Virus record (IMG/VR): IMGVR_UViG_3300029305_004950
Location: 189,430 to 253,429 of that record
Origin: a virus
Taxonomy: Duplodnaviria > Heunggongvirae > Uroviricota > Caudoviricetes
Strand: one strand, 5' to 3'
Length of the DNA stretch: 64,000 nucleotides
Numbering within the stretch: position 1 is the stretch's first letter; every line of letters begins with the position of its first letter. Made by a program: the position numbers and the translations under genes. The notes under the pieces are model-generated. The model was given only the letters and a program-made list of their open reading frames with translations, did no database searches and was not told the DNA's origin. Positions 41,101 to 50,127 of this stretch are shown here, in pieces.

Positions 41101-42034
41101 TATTCTCTAGTGTTTCCACTCTAGTAGTAAGGTCAGCAATATTAGTATTAAGACTAGTTAGTTCATTAGTAATAGGAGTTAGATCGATATCTACTTCACT
41201 ATTTTCTAATGTTTCTACTCTAGCAGTAATGTCAGCGAGTTCATTAGTAATAGGAGTTAGATCGATATCTACTTCACTATTTTCTAATGTTTCTACTCTA
41301 TTGGTAAGACTAGTTAGTTCTTCAGTAATAGGAGTTAGATCGATATCCACTTCACTATTTTCTAGTATCTCTAATCTAGCAGTAATATCAGCGAGTTCAT
41401 TAGTAATGGAACTTAAGTCAACATTAACTCCACTATTTTCAAGTGTTTCTACTCTAGTACTAAGATTAGTTAATTCCTTAGTAATAGAACTTAAATCAAC
41501 ATTACCAATGTCTCCACTATTTTCTAGTATCTCTAATCTAGCAGTAATATCAGCGAGTTCATTAGTAATAGGACTTAAGTCAACATTAACATTTTCATCT
41601 TCACTATTTTCTAGTGTTTCTACTCTACTAGTAAGATCTGAAACATTAGTATTAACTGTTTCTAGTTTAGTGTTGATATCAAGAGCTTCAAGTGTTTCTA
41701 CTCTACTAGTAATATCAGTAAGATCAACTGAACTATCTTCACTATTTTCTAGTGTTTCTACTCTACTAGTAAGATCAGTAATACTTTCATCAATAGTATC
41801 AATTTTTTCATTTATAGCTTCAATCTGTTCGTTAGATACATTACTACTTCCACCACCAGATACATTATCAGATCCTTGTATATAAGGTGTATTACTAAAC
41901 TTTTCATCATTACCAACTTTAAGTTTAGTACTTCCATCTTCACAATATTCTACAACTATCTCGCCACGTTCAATAATTGGATCGACTTCATTCCATCTTT
42001 CGGTAGAACCTCTTCGATGTTTAACTATAGACAT
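35162..42034 (-). CDS. Giant virion protein (about 2290 aa): Mtd_N-like domain, coiled-coil repeats, CotH-like domain, LRR/BspA-like C-terminus
   Basis: VQGTSSVKFPIKNF, CWKADFMSSDHAN, DNRAKN and YDLDSGYG; LP.SLT.I...AF.GC..L LRR repeats. Start moved to 42034. Confidence 0.75.
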   Translation of the reverse strand: MSIVKHRRGSTERWNEVDPIIERGEIVVEYCEDGSTKLKVGNDEKFSNTPYIQGSDNVSGGGSSNVSNEQIEAINEKIDTIDESITDLTSRVETLENSEDSSVDLTDITSRVETLEALDINTKLETVNTNVSDLTSRVETLENSEDENVNVDLSPITNELADITARLEILENSGDIGNVDLSSITKELTNLSTRVETLENSGVNVDLSSITNELADITARLEILENSEVDIDLTPITEELTSLTNRVETLENSEVDIDLTPITNELADITARVETLENSEVDIDLTPITNELTSLNTNIADLTTRVETLENSEGENGSLENITNEIASINTDIADLTARVETNETGIAVANSRMDTFVALKDGSTTGDAELADIRVSYDGTTYETAGEAVRSLGNELSYLKNNLQDFIDADAVDGLYYNEGTNQLYLTSKGEPVGNSVTIVGGGGGGVEGYSLRIVNKMSSNILTVAQSKQNLISIEFYEKWGNVSTGKSGTVEISYKLSTDSEWIPFRRVINVLQGTPFSIDVAGILVKDTPVDIQFTVIGGESGEEYKRSLTFQITQVEAGISADRNFNPYARYTGNFEFKYLCIGLNLNKTVYFEIDDEICYEINIGTSHNTLIPQIIEMLGKYEYGVHDLKVYFKTEDGAMSNVLQYAILYDDGNGTAPMIGVNCKQTEYNYGDIISLDYVVYTPNQETTDELSIRVYSKDDQDNEIVYDTTELVGIINNKQQSWNGTSYPSSGTVYIEFKSKETIRTVELTINEIQSKYDLKSVSTGLIYSYSANGRSNNDVNKDVYKYAYTTSNGVKTQIEGQFTGFNWVSNGYIDNESLTLSGDSRHTIELPMFSTNYIDKEGQIVNLENIADATVTTSGRTFEIEFKVTNVTDINARIIECMSNDHAGFVITPQSCYLLSANGQNVKLDSTGFIENEESIAAAYIKDNTRIRVSFVIQPLKSISYTNDNGELITGQCINIFINGEFAKSFIYPDNARFVSDKYIKMGSNTCILNVYDIRIYNRGLNKDEILQNYKASPVVVQDKISRFEDNDILTDNTSDIDIDYYKAINKYPCLLITGDLSPYKDDDRNTGGTRYSGSILTKPDGNGSYTTEFSLMDRDSNGRYLCYNKVQGTSSVKFPIKNFKFYLRFDKNGESSKFKYALKGLDEEGNALSIPESTLCWKADFMSSDHANTFNANLADTLFTDITPSQLEDPRVQNTIYGFRCLLFRRNHENGDIYFVGDGALNNDKSNSKTFGLECDGDSGNNTTRQKWEFLNNTEALCSFQTDRFYEMVKTEEGSQVKRVTLGLESMYPDQGDLEDEGLEPNYDYLQLLFTWVYQRANFWDASTDTLDVPYTYQGVEYYSEYDYRKAIFVREFERHFNLNHTLVYYLFMEFIALCDNRAKNLFIKCEDVHAEQLIDIHGNEISINDVINMDTGEVNANMIDWENSSFAIWYPSLYDLDSGYGVENSGYLQIPYYADWSYQLNGTQKFNGYESRLWLMFEDAFANKIQATAQELTEKKVEEGALSYEALYKVHIEGNAKLVCPAVVNQDMTYKYEDPWVEGFVDYSSEGNPVRHISDYKYLQRGSRTEQKDAFIYRRSNMLYSKYKCKKFLNNNINFRCGTNGGVSAINSGISITANQTLYPAVKFGDGDAAVISGAKTDAGNVCVVTKPGSTSSDKVGFSDTIYIAGGTFLTDIGDISKFRPYELQLQNATGIRHLTIGSDEEGYENVQLKKIDTSSCRLLEELNVMGCTALGNLDLSKNGILKRLYASKSSVQSVILANGGVVEELYLGDIVDLEILNQANLKIFECTSYDSLNRLHIENTPNIPVFDILKNYMSQLTGGIRIVGLHESLEDDSFVRLLLSDDAKGKYIDASGTHIDDANRYPLISGSVHVPTIRGTMLKKMNKVYPELTVTYDTLVADITYMNDEGTTVLHQYTIYNGENATDIIKDGMYAKPTKDSTAQYDFTYGGWSRIANGDPDPNALKKIDEDITVYIAFHKAIKSYDINFYNADSLIYTARTEYGSDAIFVGDLPIKLDTKHPDLYEFVGWQPKPEAITGTMNCYAQYYFIGSEDTVYQFVLSDFDYSLMDSNQDGVKDAISLDIYNGVNAIGRIPSTYDLDKTYLVYKIGIGGGVKEVTGFKDKADLEIIYLPNTIGVIAPYAFWGCTKLTLLDLPESLTRIESYSFAGCKSLKTVKIPESVTSIGSMGFYDCGFTEVYIPKNITYIGMYGFGQCKDLTEITFSADIDYSSLTIHAEAFDDCPNLTTINVPWSKGDVSGDSSRWGAVNATVNYNYVEEM
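41100..41800 (-). repeat. Coiled-coil coding tandem repeats (RVETLENSE.D.DL..IT.EL)
   Basis: About 9 copies of a 24-28-aa unit. Confidence 0.8.
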
Positions 42035-42077
42035 AATTTCTATCAACACTCCTTTCTATTTAGAATACTTTTAATTA

Positions 42078-42117
42078 AGATTTACCACATCACCTTAATG
42101 ATGTGGTAAATCTTATT
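42078..42117 (-). terminator. Intrinsic terminator
   Basis: TAAGATTTACCACATCA/TGATGTGGTAAATCTTA inverted repeat. Confidence 0.8.
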
Positions 42118-42151
42118 ATATTTTAACTTAAATCTATACTTTTATAGATAA

Positions 42152-44425
42152 TTATACATTTACAGTAGAAGTACCGCAGTACATGATTAGGAAGTCTTCT
42201 GCTTCGCCGAATTTCTCAACAAGAGCATCAACCTTGGTTTCTACTTCGTCTAGATCATCCTGAGAAGCCTTAGTAGCTAGACCAGTTTCAGCATGGTTGA
42301 CAGCAGTCTCTAGAGCAGTAACCTTACCAGAAACTTCATTTAGAGCAGCGGAAGTAGCACTGTTAGCCTTTAGGTCAGCAACATCCTTAACTAGACCTTC
42401 GTTTTCGTCACCGACAACAGTAGCTAGTTCGTCTAGATCATCCTGAGAAGCCTTAGTATCTAAGCCAGTTTCAGCATGGTTGATCTTGTCAGTGACAGCC
42501 TTTAGTTCAGTATCGGTAGCGTACTGATCTAAGTTAGCAGCTTCGAAGGCAGCTTCGATCTTGCTATCAACGGAATTGTCGCCCTCAACTAGAGCATCAA
42601 CCTTGGTTTTTACTTCGTCTAGGTCGTCCTGAGAAGCCTTAGTAGCTAGACCAGTTTCAGCATGGTTAACAGCAGTCTCTAGAGCAGTAACTTTACCAGA
42701 AATGCCTTCAACGACAGAACTCTCAGCCTTAGTAGCGACAGCACCCTGTAGATCGGCAACATCCTTAACTAGACCATCAGTCTCGTCACCAACGATAGTC
42801 TCTAGAGCATCTAGGTCGTCCTGAGAAGCCTTAGTAGCTAGACCAGTTTCAGCATGATTGACAGCAGTCTCTAGATTAGTGACTCTACCGCCAATACCCT
42901 CGACAACAGAACTCTCAGCCTTAGTAGCAACGGCACCCTGTAGGTCAGCAACATCCTTAACTAGACCATCAGTCTCGTCACCAACAACAGTGGATAGTTC
43001 GTCTAGATCGTCCTGAGAAGCCTTAGTAACAATATCTCTTTCTAGAGCAGCAATACGGTCACCTTCAGCAGAAACGTCACCGAATTCAACGAATGCACCA
43101 CTGTTGAAGACATATTCCTTTTCACCAACAATGATTACATCACCATCAGAATAAGCAGCTAGAGCTTCGCCTTCAGGTAGTGCAGTTTCAACACCAACAA
43201 AGTGCATAGCACCACTTAGACCAGTGATAGTACCTTCTAATTCAGCGATACGAGTCTCGTGATCATCTACATCATCCTGAGAAGCCTTAGTAGCTAGACC
43301 AGTTTCAGCATGGTTAACAGCATTTTCTAGAGTGGTAACTCTGCCACCGATACCCTCGACAACAGAACTCTCAGCCTTAGTAGCGACAGCACCCTGTAGG
43401 TCAGCAACATCCTTAACTAAACCTTCGTTTTCGTCACCGACAACAGTAGCTAGTTCGTCTAGATCGTCCTGAGAAGCTTTGGTAGCTAGACCAGTTTCAG
43501 CATGATTGACAGCAGTCTCTAGATTAGTGACTCTACCACCGATACCTTCAACGACGGAACTCTCAGCCTTAGTAGCGACAGCACCCTGTAGGTCAGCAAC
43601 ATCCTTAACTAGACCTTCGTTTTCGTCACCAACAATGGTCTCTAGAGCATCTAGGTCGTCCTGAGAAGCCTTGGAATCTAGGCCAGTGTCAGCAGCATTG
43701 ATCTTGTCGGTAACAGCCTTTAGCTCAGTATCGGTAGCATACTGATCTAGATTTGCAGCCTCGAAAGCAGCTTCAATCTTGCTATCAACAGAGTTTTCAC
43801 CCTCAACTAGACCTTCAACAACAGTAGCTAGTTCGTCTAGATCATCCTGAGAAGCCTTAGTATCTAAGCCAGTTTCAGCATGGTTGATCTTGTCGGTAAC
43901 AGCCTTTAGCTCTTCATCGGTAGCATACTGATCTAGATTTGCACCAGCTAGAGCGTCAGCAATCATCTTAGCTACAGAACCTTCAGCATCAGCAGCACCA
44001 TTTAGCTTTGCAATAGCTTCTTCGTTAGCAGCAACCTTAGTGTTGGTCTCTCTTAGAGCAGCAGTAGTAGCATAGTCACCAATTGCACCCTGACTTAGTA
44101 GTTCAGTTAAGTAAGACTTAAACTCTTCTTCACTCTTCTTTGCCCAACCATAAACGTCAGCAGCTAGAGCAGAAGCCCAAGGTAGCTCATTGAAAGACTT
44201 CCAAGTGCCATCATCGGTAGCACCAGGAGTACCAACACCAACCTTGAATAGTACGGTAGGCTGCTTTACAGCATTAGTCTCGCCATATAGCTGACTACCA
44301 CCATTAGCAGAATCAATGTAAGCAAAGGCAACTTCACCGGGACGGAGCTTTACAGCACTACTTTTCCAGTTACTTAGACTATCATATTTAAGGGCAATAC
44401 GAGTATTTAGAATCTTATCAGCCAT
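42152..44425 (-). CDS. Abundant fibrous virion protein, Mtd_N-like N-terminus and long coiled-coil repeats
   Basis: ILNTRIALKYD...W...L.PGE; repeats NHAETGLATKASQDDLD and DENEGLVKDVADLQGAVATKAESSVVEG; strong codon bias. Confidence 0.75.
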   Translation of the reverse strand: MADKILNTRIALKYDSLSNWKSSAVKLRPGEVAFAYIDSANGGSQLYGETNAVKQPTVLFKVGVGTPGATDDGTWKSFNELPWASALAADVYGWAKKSEEEFKSYLTELLSQGAIGDYATTAALRETNTKVAANEEAIAKLNGAADAEGSVAKMIADALAGANLDQYATDEELKAVTDKINHAETGLDTKASQDDLDELATVVEGLVEGENSVDSKIEAAFEAANLDQYATDTELKAVTDKINAADTGLDSKASQDDLDALETIVGDENEGLVKDVADLQGAVATKAESSVVEGIGGRVTNLETAVNHAETGLATKASQDDLDELATVVGDENEGLVKDVADLQGAVATKAESSVVEGIGGRVTTLENAVNHAETGLATKASQDDVDDHETRIAELEGTITGLSGAMHFVGVETALPEGEALAAYSDGDVIIVGEKEYVFNSGAFVEFGDVSAEGDRIAALERDIVTKASQDDLDELSTVVGDETDGLVKDVADLQGAVATKAESSVVEGIGGRVTNLETAVNHAETGLATKASQDDLDALETIVGDETDGLVKDVADLQGAVATKAESSVVEGISGKVTALETAVNHAETGLATKASQDDLDEVKTKVDALVEGDNSVDSKIEAAFEAANLDQYATDTELKAVTDKINHAETGLDTKASQDDLDELATVVGDENEGLVKDVADLKANSATSAALNEVSGKVTALETAVNHAETGLATKASQDDLDEVETKVDALVEKFGEAEDFLIMYCGTSTVNV

Positions 44426-44475
44426 AATTTAAAATACCTTCCTTTTCTAAAAAATTAAAGTTTTTGTGAATGAGA

Positions 44476-46413
44476 TTAGACAGCGGAAGAGCCACCATTA
44501 AGGATTAGACTATCGCCATCAGTTTGTATTAATCTGTTAACATTTAGACCATTAACTTCCATAGTACCATCATCATTAACAGAAATTTTGTTATCTTCAT
44601 CAGAAGATTTAACAACACCAAAATTCTCAGCAGCAGCAATAGGAATGTTTACAGTTTTATCAGAAACTGCAAGAGGTACATCATTGATTGCTATAGCTTC
44701 AATAACATTATCCTTTGCACCACTTTCAATCCCATTTAGTTTTTCTAATAGAGCATTAGTAAAGTTGTTTTCAGAAAGACCTTTAAGAGTACTTGCACGG
44801 TTAGTAATCCAGTCTTCAAGACCATCAATATTACCAGCAGCAACCTTACCAGAAACTTCAACTTCACCATTTTCGCCAATAACTAACTTTTCTAACTTAA
44901 TAGCTTCATCAGAAGTTAATAGACGAGAACCTTCTTTAACGTCTACCTTATTAGCAAGAGCATCAGATAGACCAGTTACTTTTTCAATAGCAATGTCGAG
45001 AAGAGTTAGTTTTCTATTTTCATCAACACTAAACTGAGCTTCATCAACAGATGCAATAACATTCTTTTCAGCTCCAGCTTCTTCAAGAGCAGCAATTCTG
45101 TCAATTGCACTGTTAAGAGAAGAACTATCAGCTTTATTAGCTAATGCAGCATTAATAGCTTCATCAGCTGCTTTATAAGCAGTTTCAATACTAGCTAGTT
45201 TAGCAGAATTTGCAGAAATGAGATCAGCTAATTCAGTCTTATCAGAAGAATCTAAATAATCATTTTCAATAGCGACTACTCTATTAGTTAAAGCAGTTAA
45301 ATCACTATTAGTGGCATATTGATCTAGATTTGCAGCTTCAAAAGCAGCTTTAATCTGATCATCAACAGAATCTTCACCAATTAAGGCTGCTAATTCAGAA
45401 ATAGCAGTAGTATTATTACTGATATTAGTTTTAGCATTAGCGATATCTGTCTGAACTACTTCCATTTCACCTTCTAAAGTGGAAATAGCAGATGCCATTT
45501 CAGCAGCATCGCCGCCATATTCATTGATATAATCGACTAATTCTTTGAAAGTATCATGAATGCCATTATCACTTATTTGTGTTGCAAATTCATTAATACC
45601 TTCTTTAATTTTGTAATCTACTGAACCAACTACAGTATCATTACCATTTAAGACATCAATATCGTTTTCAACTGATTCAATACGTTCAGTTAGATTACTA
45701 ATAGCAGTAGTATGAGCTGAAACTGTATTGTTAGTATCATCTAAATCAGATTGATTAGCTTTTAGATTAATAGCATTTTGTAGCTCAGTCTTATCAGAAG
45801 AATCTAGATAATCATTCTCAATAGCAGTTATTCTATTGACTATAGATTCATCATCATATGCAACTTCATCAATCATTTCAACCAGAGTTTTGTTTTCAGG
45901 AACTTCGCCAACTACGGCTTCAAGATTACTAACTCTGCTCTTTAAACCTTCAATTTCAGTGGAAAGACCTTCAGCAGTAGTAGAAGAAGGTTCTACCCAG
46001 ATTAGCTTACCATTAACATATAAAGGTTGGTAAGAAATACTAACAACTTCGCCGCTCTCCTCAGTTCTAGTAAGTTCTAGACCTTCGATTCCATATAGAC
46101 TTACAGTACCATTTTCATTGATAGTAATAGTACTTTCATCACCAACAGAAGAGCTACCAACAGGTTTTAAAGTACCTAATTCATCTTCGATATAATAGAC
46201 ATTAACTGTACTATCAGTAGAACTAGTATAGTTAACTACAGAAATGATCTGACCTACATAAGCAGTAGGATCATTCTTAGCATATTCTTTTGCTAATTCT
46301 AAACTTTTCCATACAGAGCTATTATCAAGAGGATTAGGATTACCTCGTCTAAAATTTAGAGGGAAACCAAGACCATCTGTTTCTAGATAGTTTTCAAGAT
46401 TGTATTTTGCCAT
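44476..46413 (-). CDS. Coiled-coil tail fibre-like protein
   Basis: FRRGNPNPLD, GSVDYKI...DTFKELVDYI and NNFTNALLEKLNGI fibre motifs. Confidence 0.7.
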   Translation of the reverse strand: MAKYNLENYLETDGLGFPLNFRRGNPNPLDNSSVWKSLELAKEYAKNDPTAYVGQIISVVNYTSSTDSTVNVYYIEDELGTLKPVGSSSVGDESTITINENGTVSLYGIEGLELTRTEESGEVVSISYQPLYVNGKLIWVEPSSTTAEGLSTEIEGLKSRVSNLEAVVGEVPENKTLVEMIDEVAYDDESIVNRITAIENDYLDSSDKTELQNAINLKANQSDLDDTNNTVSAHTTAISNLTERIESVENDIDVLNGNDTVVGSVDYKIKEGINEFATQISDNGIHDTFKELVDYINEYGGDAAEMASAISTLEGEMEVVQTDIANAKTNISNNTTAISELAALIGEDSVDDQIKAAFEAANLDQYATNSDLTALTNRVVAIENDYLDSSDKTELADLISANSAKLASIETAYKAADEAINAALANKADSSSLNSAIDRIAALEEAGAEKNVIASVDEAQFSVDENRKLTLLDIAIEKVTGLSDALANKVDVKEGSRLLTSDEAIKLEKLVIGENGEVEVSGKVAAGNIDGLEDWITNRASTLKGLSENNFTNALLEKLNGIESGAKDNVIEAIAINDVPLAVSDKTVNIPIAAAENFGVVKSSDEDNKISVNDDGTMEVNGLNVNRLIQTDGDSLILNGGSSAV

Positions 46414-46431
46414 AATCTATTCCCTCCTTTC

Positions 46432-47727
46432 TTATGCAAGTTTAATAGCATGAACTTCACCAGCATCAATCTTGCTAGGTTCATATACATAAGTATCATA
46501 GTCTACAGCAGTAACACCGTTTAGACCTTCAACTTTAACACCAGCAGATGTCTTAACATAAGACTTAGTTATAGGTGTATTCATAGCAGAAGTAAGAATT
46601 ACTTCACTTAAACCATTACGAGTAGAATTACTAGGAATTGCAATTACAATTCTCTTAGCACCTTCTACATCATTACCCTTAAGGGTAAGAGATTTAGATT
46701 TATTATATTCGCCACCATTAGTAAGTTGATTACGAATAATTGCAGAAGTTAAAGGAGCTTCTTCAGAAGTTGTATCAAGTATACCATAGAAGAAACTTCT
46801 ATAACCAGTAATTGCACCAGAAGTTTTACTCTTAACACCAGATGTAATCTTTTTACTACTATCAGTACAAGGATTACCCTTATTGGTAAGAGGAGTTTCA
46901 CCAGCAGTGTGAGTGGCTTTTGCAGTTACAGAAAAATTAGTGTCATCAGATACAGTTACATCAGGTAAATCGCCAGAAGCAGTAGTATATGAACCATCAC
47001 TAGTTACTATAGACCAGTTTGTAACTGTTGCGCCAGTGGGTTCAGGACCATAACTATAATTACCATCTTCAAAAGAAGCACTATAACTAACACCACTAAC
47101 AATAGTACCAACTTCATAAGAACCAGTACCAGTTAATGTAACACTTACAGAAGGATCAGTTTTTTCAGGATCTTGTTCTTTAACAAACATAGCTTCAAAT
47201 ACTTCAGCTAAATTTTTACCCTTAGAAGGAATAGTAGCAGAACCATTAGTGGTTGTAATATAACCAATATCAGTTGTAACTAGCATATCCTCATCAAAGT
47301 AAACATTGTTTGCATTGTAGTTACCATCCATAGCTGCCCAAGCAGTACCATTGTAACGATAAGCAGTATGTTGATATTTTTCATTACCTTCAGCATCAAT
47401 TGCAATTAACTCTGCAACAATACCAATGTCATGAGTATTGGGCATATAACCACTAGTTGCACGAACAAGAGCATCGTTATGAGTTTCACCTTCATTAACA
47501 GTGGCTTCAAAAACACGAGCGTCTTCACTGTCACCACCAAAGTAAGAAAGATCTTGCCATTTAGTGGTTCCATCACCGACTTTCATTTTTACACCGTTAT
47601 CAGTAAACTCTAAACCAATTTCGCCTTTAAGTAAAACTAGACCTTCATCGCCAGCATTTACTACTGCTGAATTCCAGTTTGCAGAAGAATCATTACGAAG
47701 AACAATTCTTGTATTTAAAACACTCAT
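46432..47727 (-). CDS. Virion protein with Mtd_N-type N-terminal domain
   Basis: VLNTRIVLRNDSSANW...LKGEIGLE...MKVGDGTTKWQDLSY. Confidence 0.7.
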   Translation of the reverse strand: MSVLNTRIVLRNDSSANWNSAVVNAGDEGLVLLKGEIGLEFTDNGVKMKVGDGTTKWQDLSYFGGDSEDARVFEATVNEGETHNDALVRATSGYMPNTHDIGIVAELIAIDAEGNEKYQHTAYRYNGTAWAAMDGNYNANNVYFDEDMLVTTDIGYITTTNGSATIPSKGKNLAEVFEAMFVKEQDPEKTDPSVSVTLTGTGSYEVGTIVSGVSYSASFEDGNYSYGPEPTGATVTNWSIVTSDGSYTTASGDLPDVTVSDDTNFSVTAKATHTAGETPLTNKGNPCTDSSKKITSGVKSKTSGAITGYRSFFYGILDTTSEEAPLTSAIIRNQLTNGGEYNKSKSLTLKGNDVEGAKRIVIAIPSNSTRNGLSEVILTSAMNTPITKSYVKTSAGVKVEGLNGVTAVDYDTYVYEPSKIDAGEVHAIKLA

Positions 47728-48071
47728 TCAGCATTACCTCCATTGATTAATGTTATGTCTAAATCATTAGAATAATTTAAAGCTTCATATCTAAGAGTGG
47801 TTGTATTCCACTGATATATTTTTTGTTCAGATTCTGCTTTATAAATAGTATTAGCACTACCTATAGATGGAAAATCATAATGTGTTTTAGCATTAATTAC
47901 ATTATTTTCACCAACATAACCTAGTTGATTCCAAGGTGTTACACCATCACCGATCTTAAATCGATTTTCGTCTGTAACATAGCCAGGTTCACCAGATCGC
48001 AGAACTATATTTAGTTCTTTCCATTTTGAAGCAGGACCACGTTTAAATTGAATTCTTGTTATTTTTGCCAT
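47724..48071 (-). CDS. Small Mtd_N/hyaluronidase-N-like virion protein
   Basis: RIQFKRG.A..W...N.VL..GEPGYVTDENRFKIGDGVTPWNQLGY. Confidence 0.75.
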   Translation of the reverse strand: MAKITRIQFKRGPASKWKELNIVLRSGEPGYVTDENRFKIGDGVTPWNQLGYVGENNVINAKTHYDFPSIGSANTIYKAESEQKIYQWNTTTLRYEALNYSNDLDITLINGGNAE

Positions 48072-48084
48072 AATCCACTACTCC

Positions 48085-48369
48085 TTAAATTTCACCGCCA
48101 TCAAGATTACCAATTAGAATATTCTCTAATTGTTCGATAACAAATCCAACAGTAGCAGCCTTTAAATTATCTTTACCAGTTTCAGAATTAACAGGTGGCA
48201 AAGTAACAGTTCCAGTAAAAACTGGATTATCAACTGGTGCTTTTCCATCAATAGATTCTTCTAATCTAATTAGATCATCACTTGACTTACTTAAAAAAGA
48301 ATCTTTTAATTCAGTTTCAACACTTGCAATGTCAATTTGTTTAGCTTTTATCTTATGAATGCCAGCCAT
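48085..48369 (-). CDS. Small virion protein
   Basis: KIKAKQID N-terminus shared with 19379..23110; KAP..NPVFTG.V..P...AATVGFV fibre motif. Confidence 0.65.
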   Translation of the reverse strand: MAGIHKIKAKQIDIASVETELKDSFLSKSSDDLIRLEESIDGKAPVDNPVFTGTVTLPPVNSETGKDNLKAATVGFVIEQLENILIGNLDGGEI

Positions 48370-48423
48370 TTAAGTACTCCTTTCTTTCATATTTTTACAT
48401 TTATAAAATGTAAAGTATTGCTT

Positions 48424-48435
48424 TAATAGTATGTT
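48424..48435 (-). promoter_or_regulatory. Putative late promoter of the fibre operon
   Basis: AACA TACTAT TA. Confidence 0.65.
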
Positions 48436-48490
48436 CTTAAGAAGGAAACGAAAAATTAGCTAGATAAAACCTTAACAATCTATACAATTT

Positions 48491-48795
48491 TTATAAATTA
48501 GCTAGATATCTGTCTAATTCTATATTAATATAATCTTCTAAATAAGCAGCTAGAATATCATTACCTTCTTGGAAGTAAACTAAGTTACCTTTCTTACCTA
48601 ATGCAATTGCATCTTGGAAATTATACTGGTCTTTTAAAGATTTAATATTCTTACTTTCAGTATTTAGATAATTAACAATAGAGTCTTCAGTTAAAGGAAT
48701 AAAATAAGACTCAGACATAGGAATGAATGAAGTATTTTCTTGTAAAACTTTCTGCATATAAGCAGGTCTATGAGAGGGATGTAATACCCAATCGT
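48491..48795 (-). CDS. Prohead protease (T4 gp21-like), exon 3
   Basis: Joined T|AC GAT TGG gives YDWVLHPSHRPAY, the conserved gp21 C-terminal motif. Confidence 0.85.
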
Positions 48796-48988
48796 CAGTA
48801 TCTTCCTTATAGATCTTTAAACTATAAGTGTTGTCTTAACAACTACTTTGTTATAAAACAAAGGTGAGACTATATCAAAATCTTCTATATGTGCGGTATA
48901 AAAGACTTCTCTTATTTCCATTCTTAAGAGATTTAGAATGTACTAATAGTCGTTGAACTTAAAAACGTAATTAAAAAATTTTTATTTA

Positions 48989-48996
48989 TATATTAT
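48989..48996 (+). promoter_or_regulatory. Putative early promoter TATATTAT for the intron-nested ORF
   Basis: Motif about 40 nt upstream of ATG 49037, followed by AAGGAG. Confidence 0.55.
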
Positions 48997-49036
48997 AAAT
49001 GTGTACTAATCTTTACATAACATAAGGAGTGTTTTT

Positions 49037-50083
49037 ATGTCTACATCTAAAAAACATTGGTCGCAAGAAGAATTAAAAATTCTTAGACGAGAATATCCAA
49101 CTAAAGGTGTAAATATTCCTGAACTACTTAAAACTAGAACTGCAGTAGCAATTAGAACAAAAGCATTTAAAATGAATCTAGTTAATCTCGATTTTAATGA
49201 ACCTTGGACTGAATATGAATTAAATCTTCTTAAGAAATATTATCCGACATATGGATCTAATATTCCTGAATTACTTAAAACTAGAACTGAAAATGCAATT
49301 AGGAGTAGAGCTAATATCGAAGGATTAACTAAAACAGAAGACTCTTGGACAGATTATGAATTAGATCTTCTTAAAAAGTATTATCCAATTAATGGATCTA
49401 ATATTCCTAAATTGCTTAAAACTAGAACTGAAAATGCAATTAGGAGTAGAGCTAATATCGAAGGATTATTAAAATTAGAGTGTAATGATCCTTGGACAGA
49501 TTATGAATTAGATCTTCTTAAAAAGTATTATCCAATTAATGGATACAAAATTCCTGAATTGCTTAAAACTAGAACTGCATATTCAATTATTGACATGGCA
49601 CGTAAGGAAAAGTTATTTGTAATTAGTCCAAATAATCCAAAAAGAAAAAGTAAAAAACATTGGACTGTAGATGAATTAAATCTTCTTAAAAAGTATTATC
49701 CAATTAATGGATCCAATATTCCTGAATTGCTTAAAACTAGAACTGTAGTGGCAATTACTAATCAAGCAATTAGATTAGGATTAGGTGAACGAGATAATGA
49801 TCCTTGGACAGATTATGAATTAGATCTTCTTAAAAAGTATTATCCAATTAATGGATACAATATTCCTGAATTACTTAAAACTAGAACTACAAGTTCAATT
49901 AAAACTAAAGCTAGAATTGAACGAGTATCTAAATTGGAAGATAGTTGGACAGATTATGAATTAGATCTTCTTAAAAAGTATTATCCAATTAATGGATCCA
50001 ATATTCCTGAATTACTTAAAACTAGAAATAAAAATGCAATTATCGGAAAAGCCTTTAAGGAAGGACTAAAACTTATTAAATAA
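49037..50083 (+). CDS. Seven-repeat Myb/SANT-like (WT..EL..L) putative DNA-binding protein, antisense within intron 2
   Basis: 7 copies of WTDYELDLLKKYYPINGSNIPELLKTRTxxxIxxxA; own RBS and terminator; no nuclease motif. Confidence 0.75.
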   Translation: MSTSKKHWSQEELKILRREYPTKGVNIPELLKTRTAVAIRTKAFKMNLVNLDFNEPWTEYELNLLKKYYPTYGSNIPELLKTRTENAIRSRANIEGLTKTEDSWTDYELDLLKKYYPINGSNIPKLLKTRTENAIRSRANIEGLLKLECNDPWTDYELDLLKKYYPINGYKIPELLKTRTAYSIIDMARKEKLFVISPNNPKRKSKKHWTVDELNLLKKYYPINGSNIPELLKTRTVVAITNQAIRLGLGERDNDPWTDYELDLLKKYYPINGYNIPELLKTRTTSSIKTKARIERVSKLEDSWTDYELDLLKKYYPINGSNIPELLKTRNKNAIIGKAFKEGLKLIK

Positions 50084-50090
50084 TTCTATA

Positions 50091-50127
50091 AAAAGATTCC
50101 ATTATTTTATAATGGGATCTTTTTTTT
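50091..50127 (+). terminator. Terminator of the intron-nested ORF
   Basis: AAAAGATTCCATTA/TAATGGGATCTTTT followed by a T run. Confidence 0.75.

Noticed and set aside
40914-41885. 323-aa plus-strand ORF and other antisense ORFs (2211, 5832, 7085, 7137, 7692, 10901, 17828, 25382, 44588, 60531 etc.)
   Set aside because: These are shadows of real genes, open because of codon bias or repeats; they lack an RBS and homology.
19379-48369. Diversity-generating retroelement or invertible shufflon in the fibre region
   Set aside because: No reverse transcriptase or invertase is present, the repeats are direct and coding, and no adenine-specific mismatch pattern was noticed.
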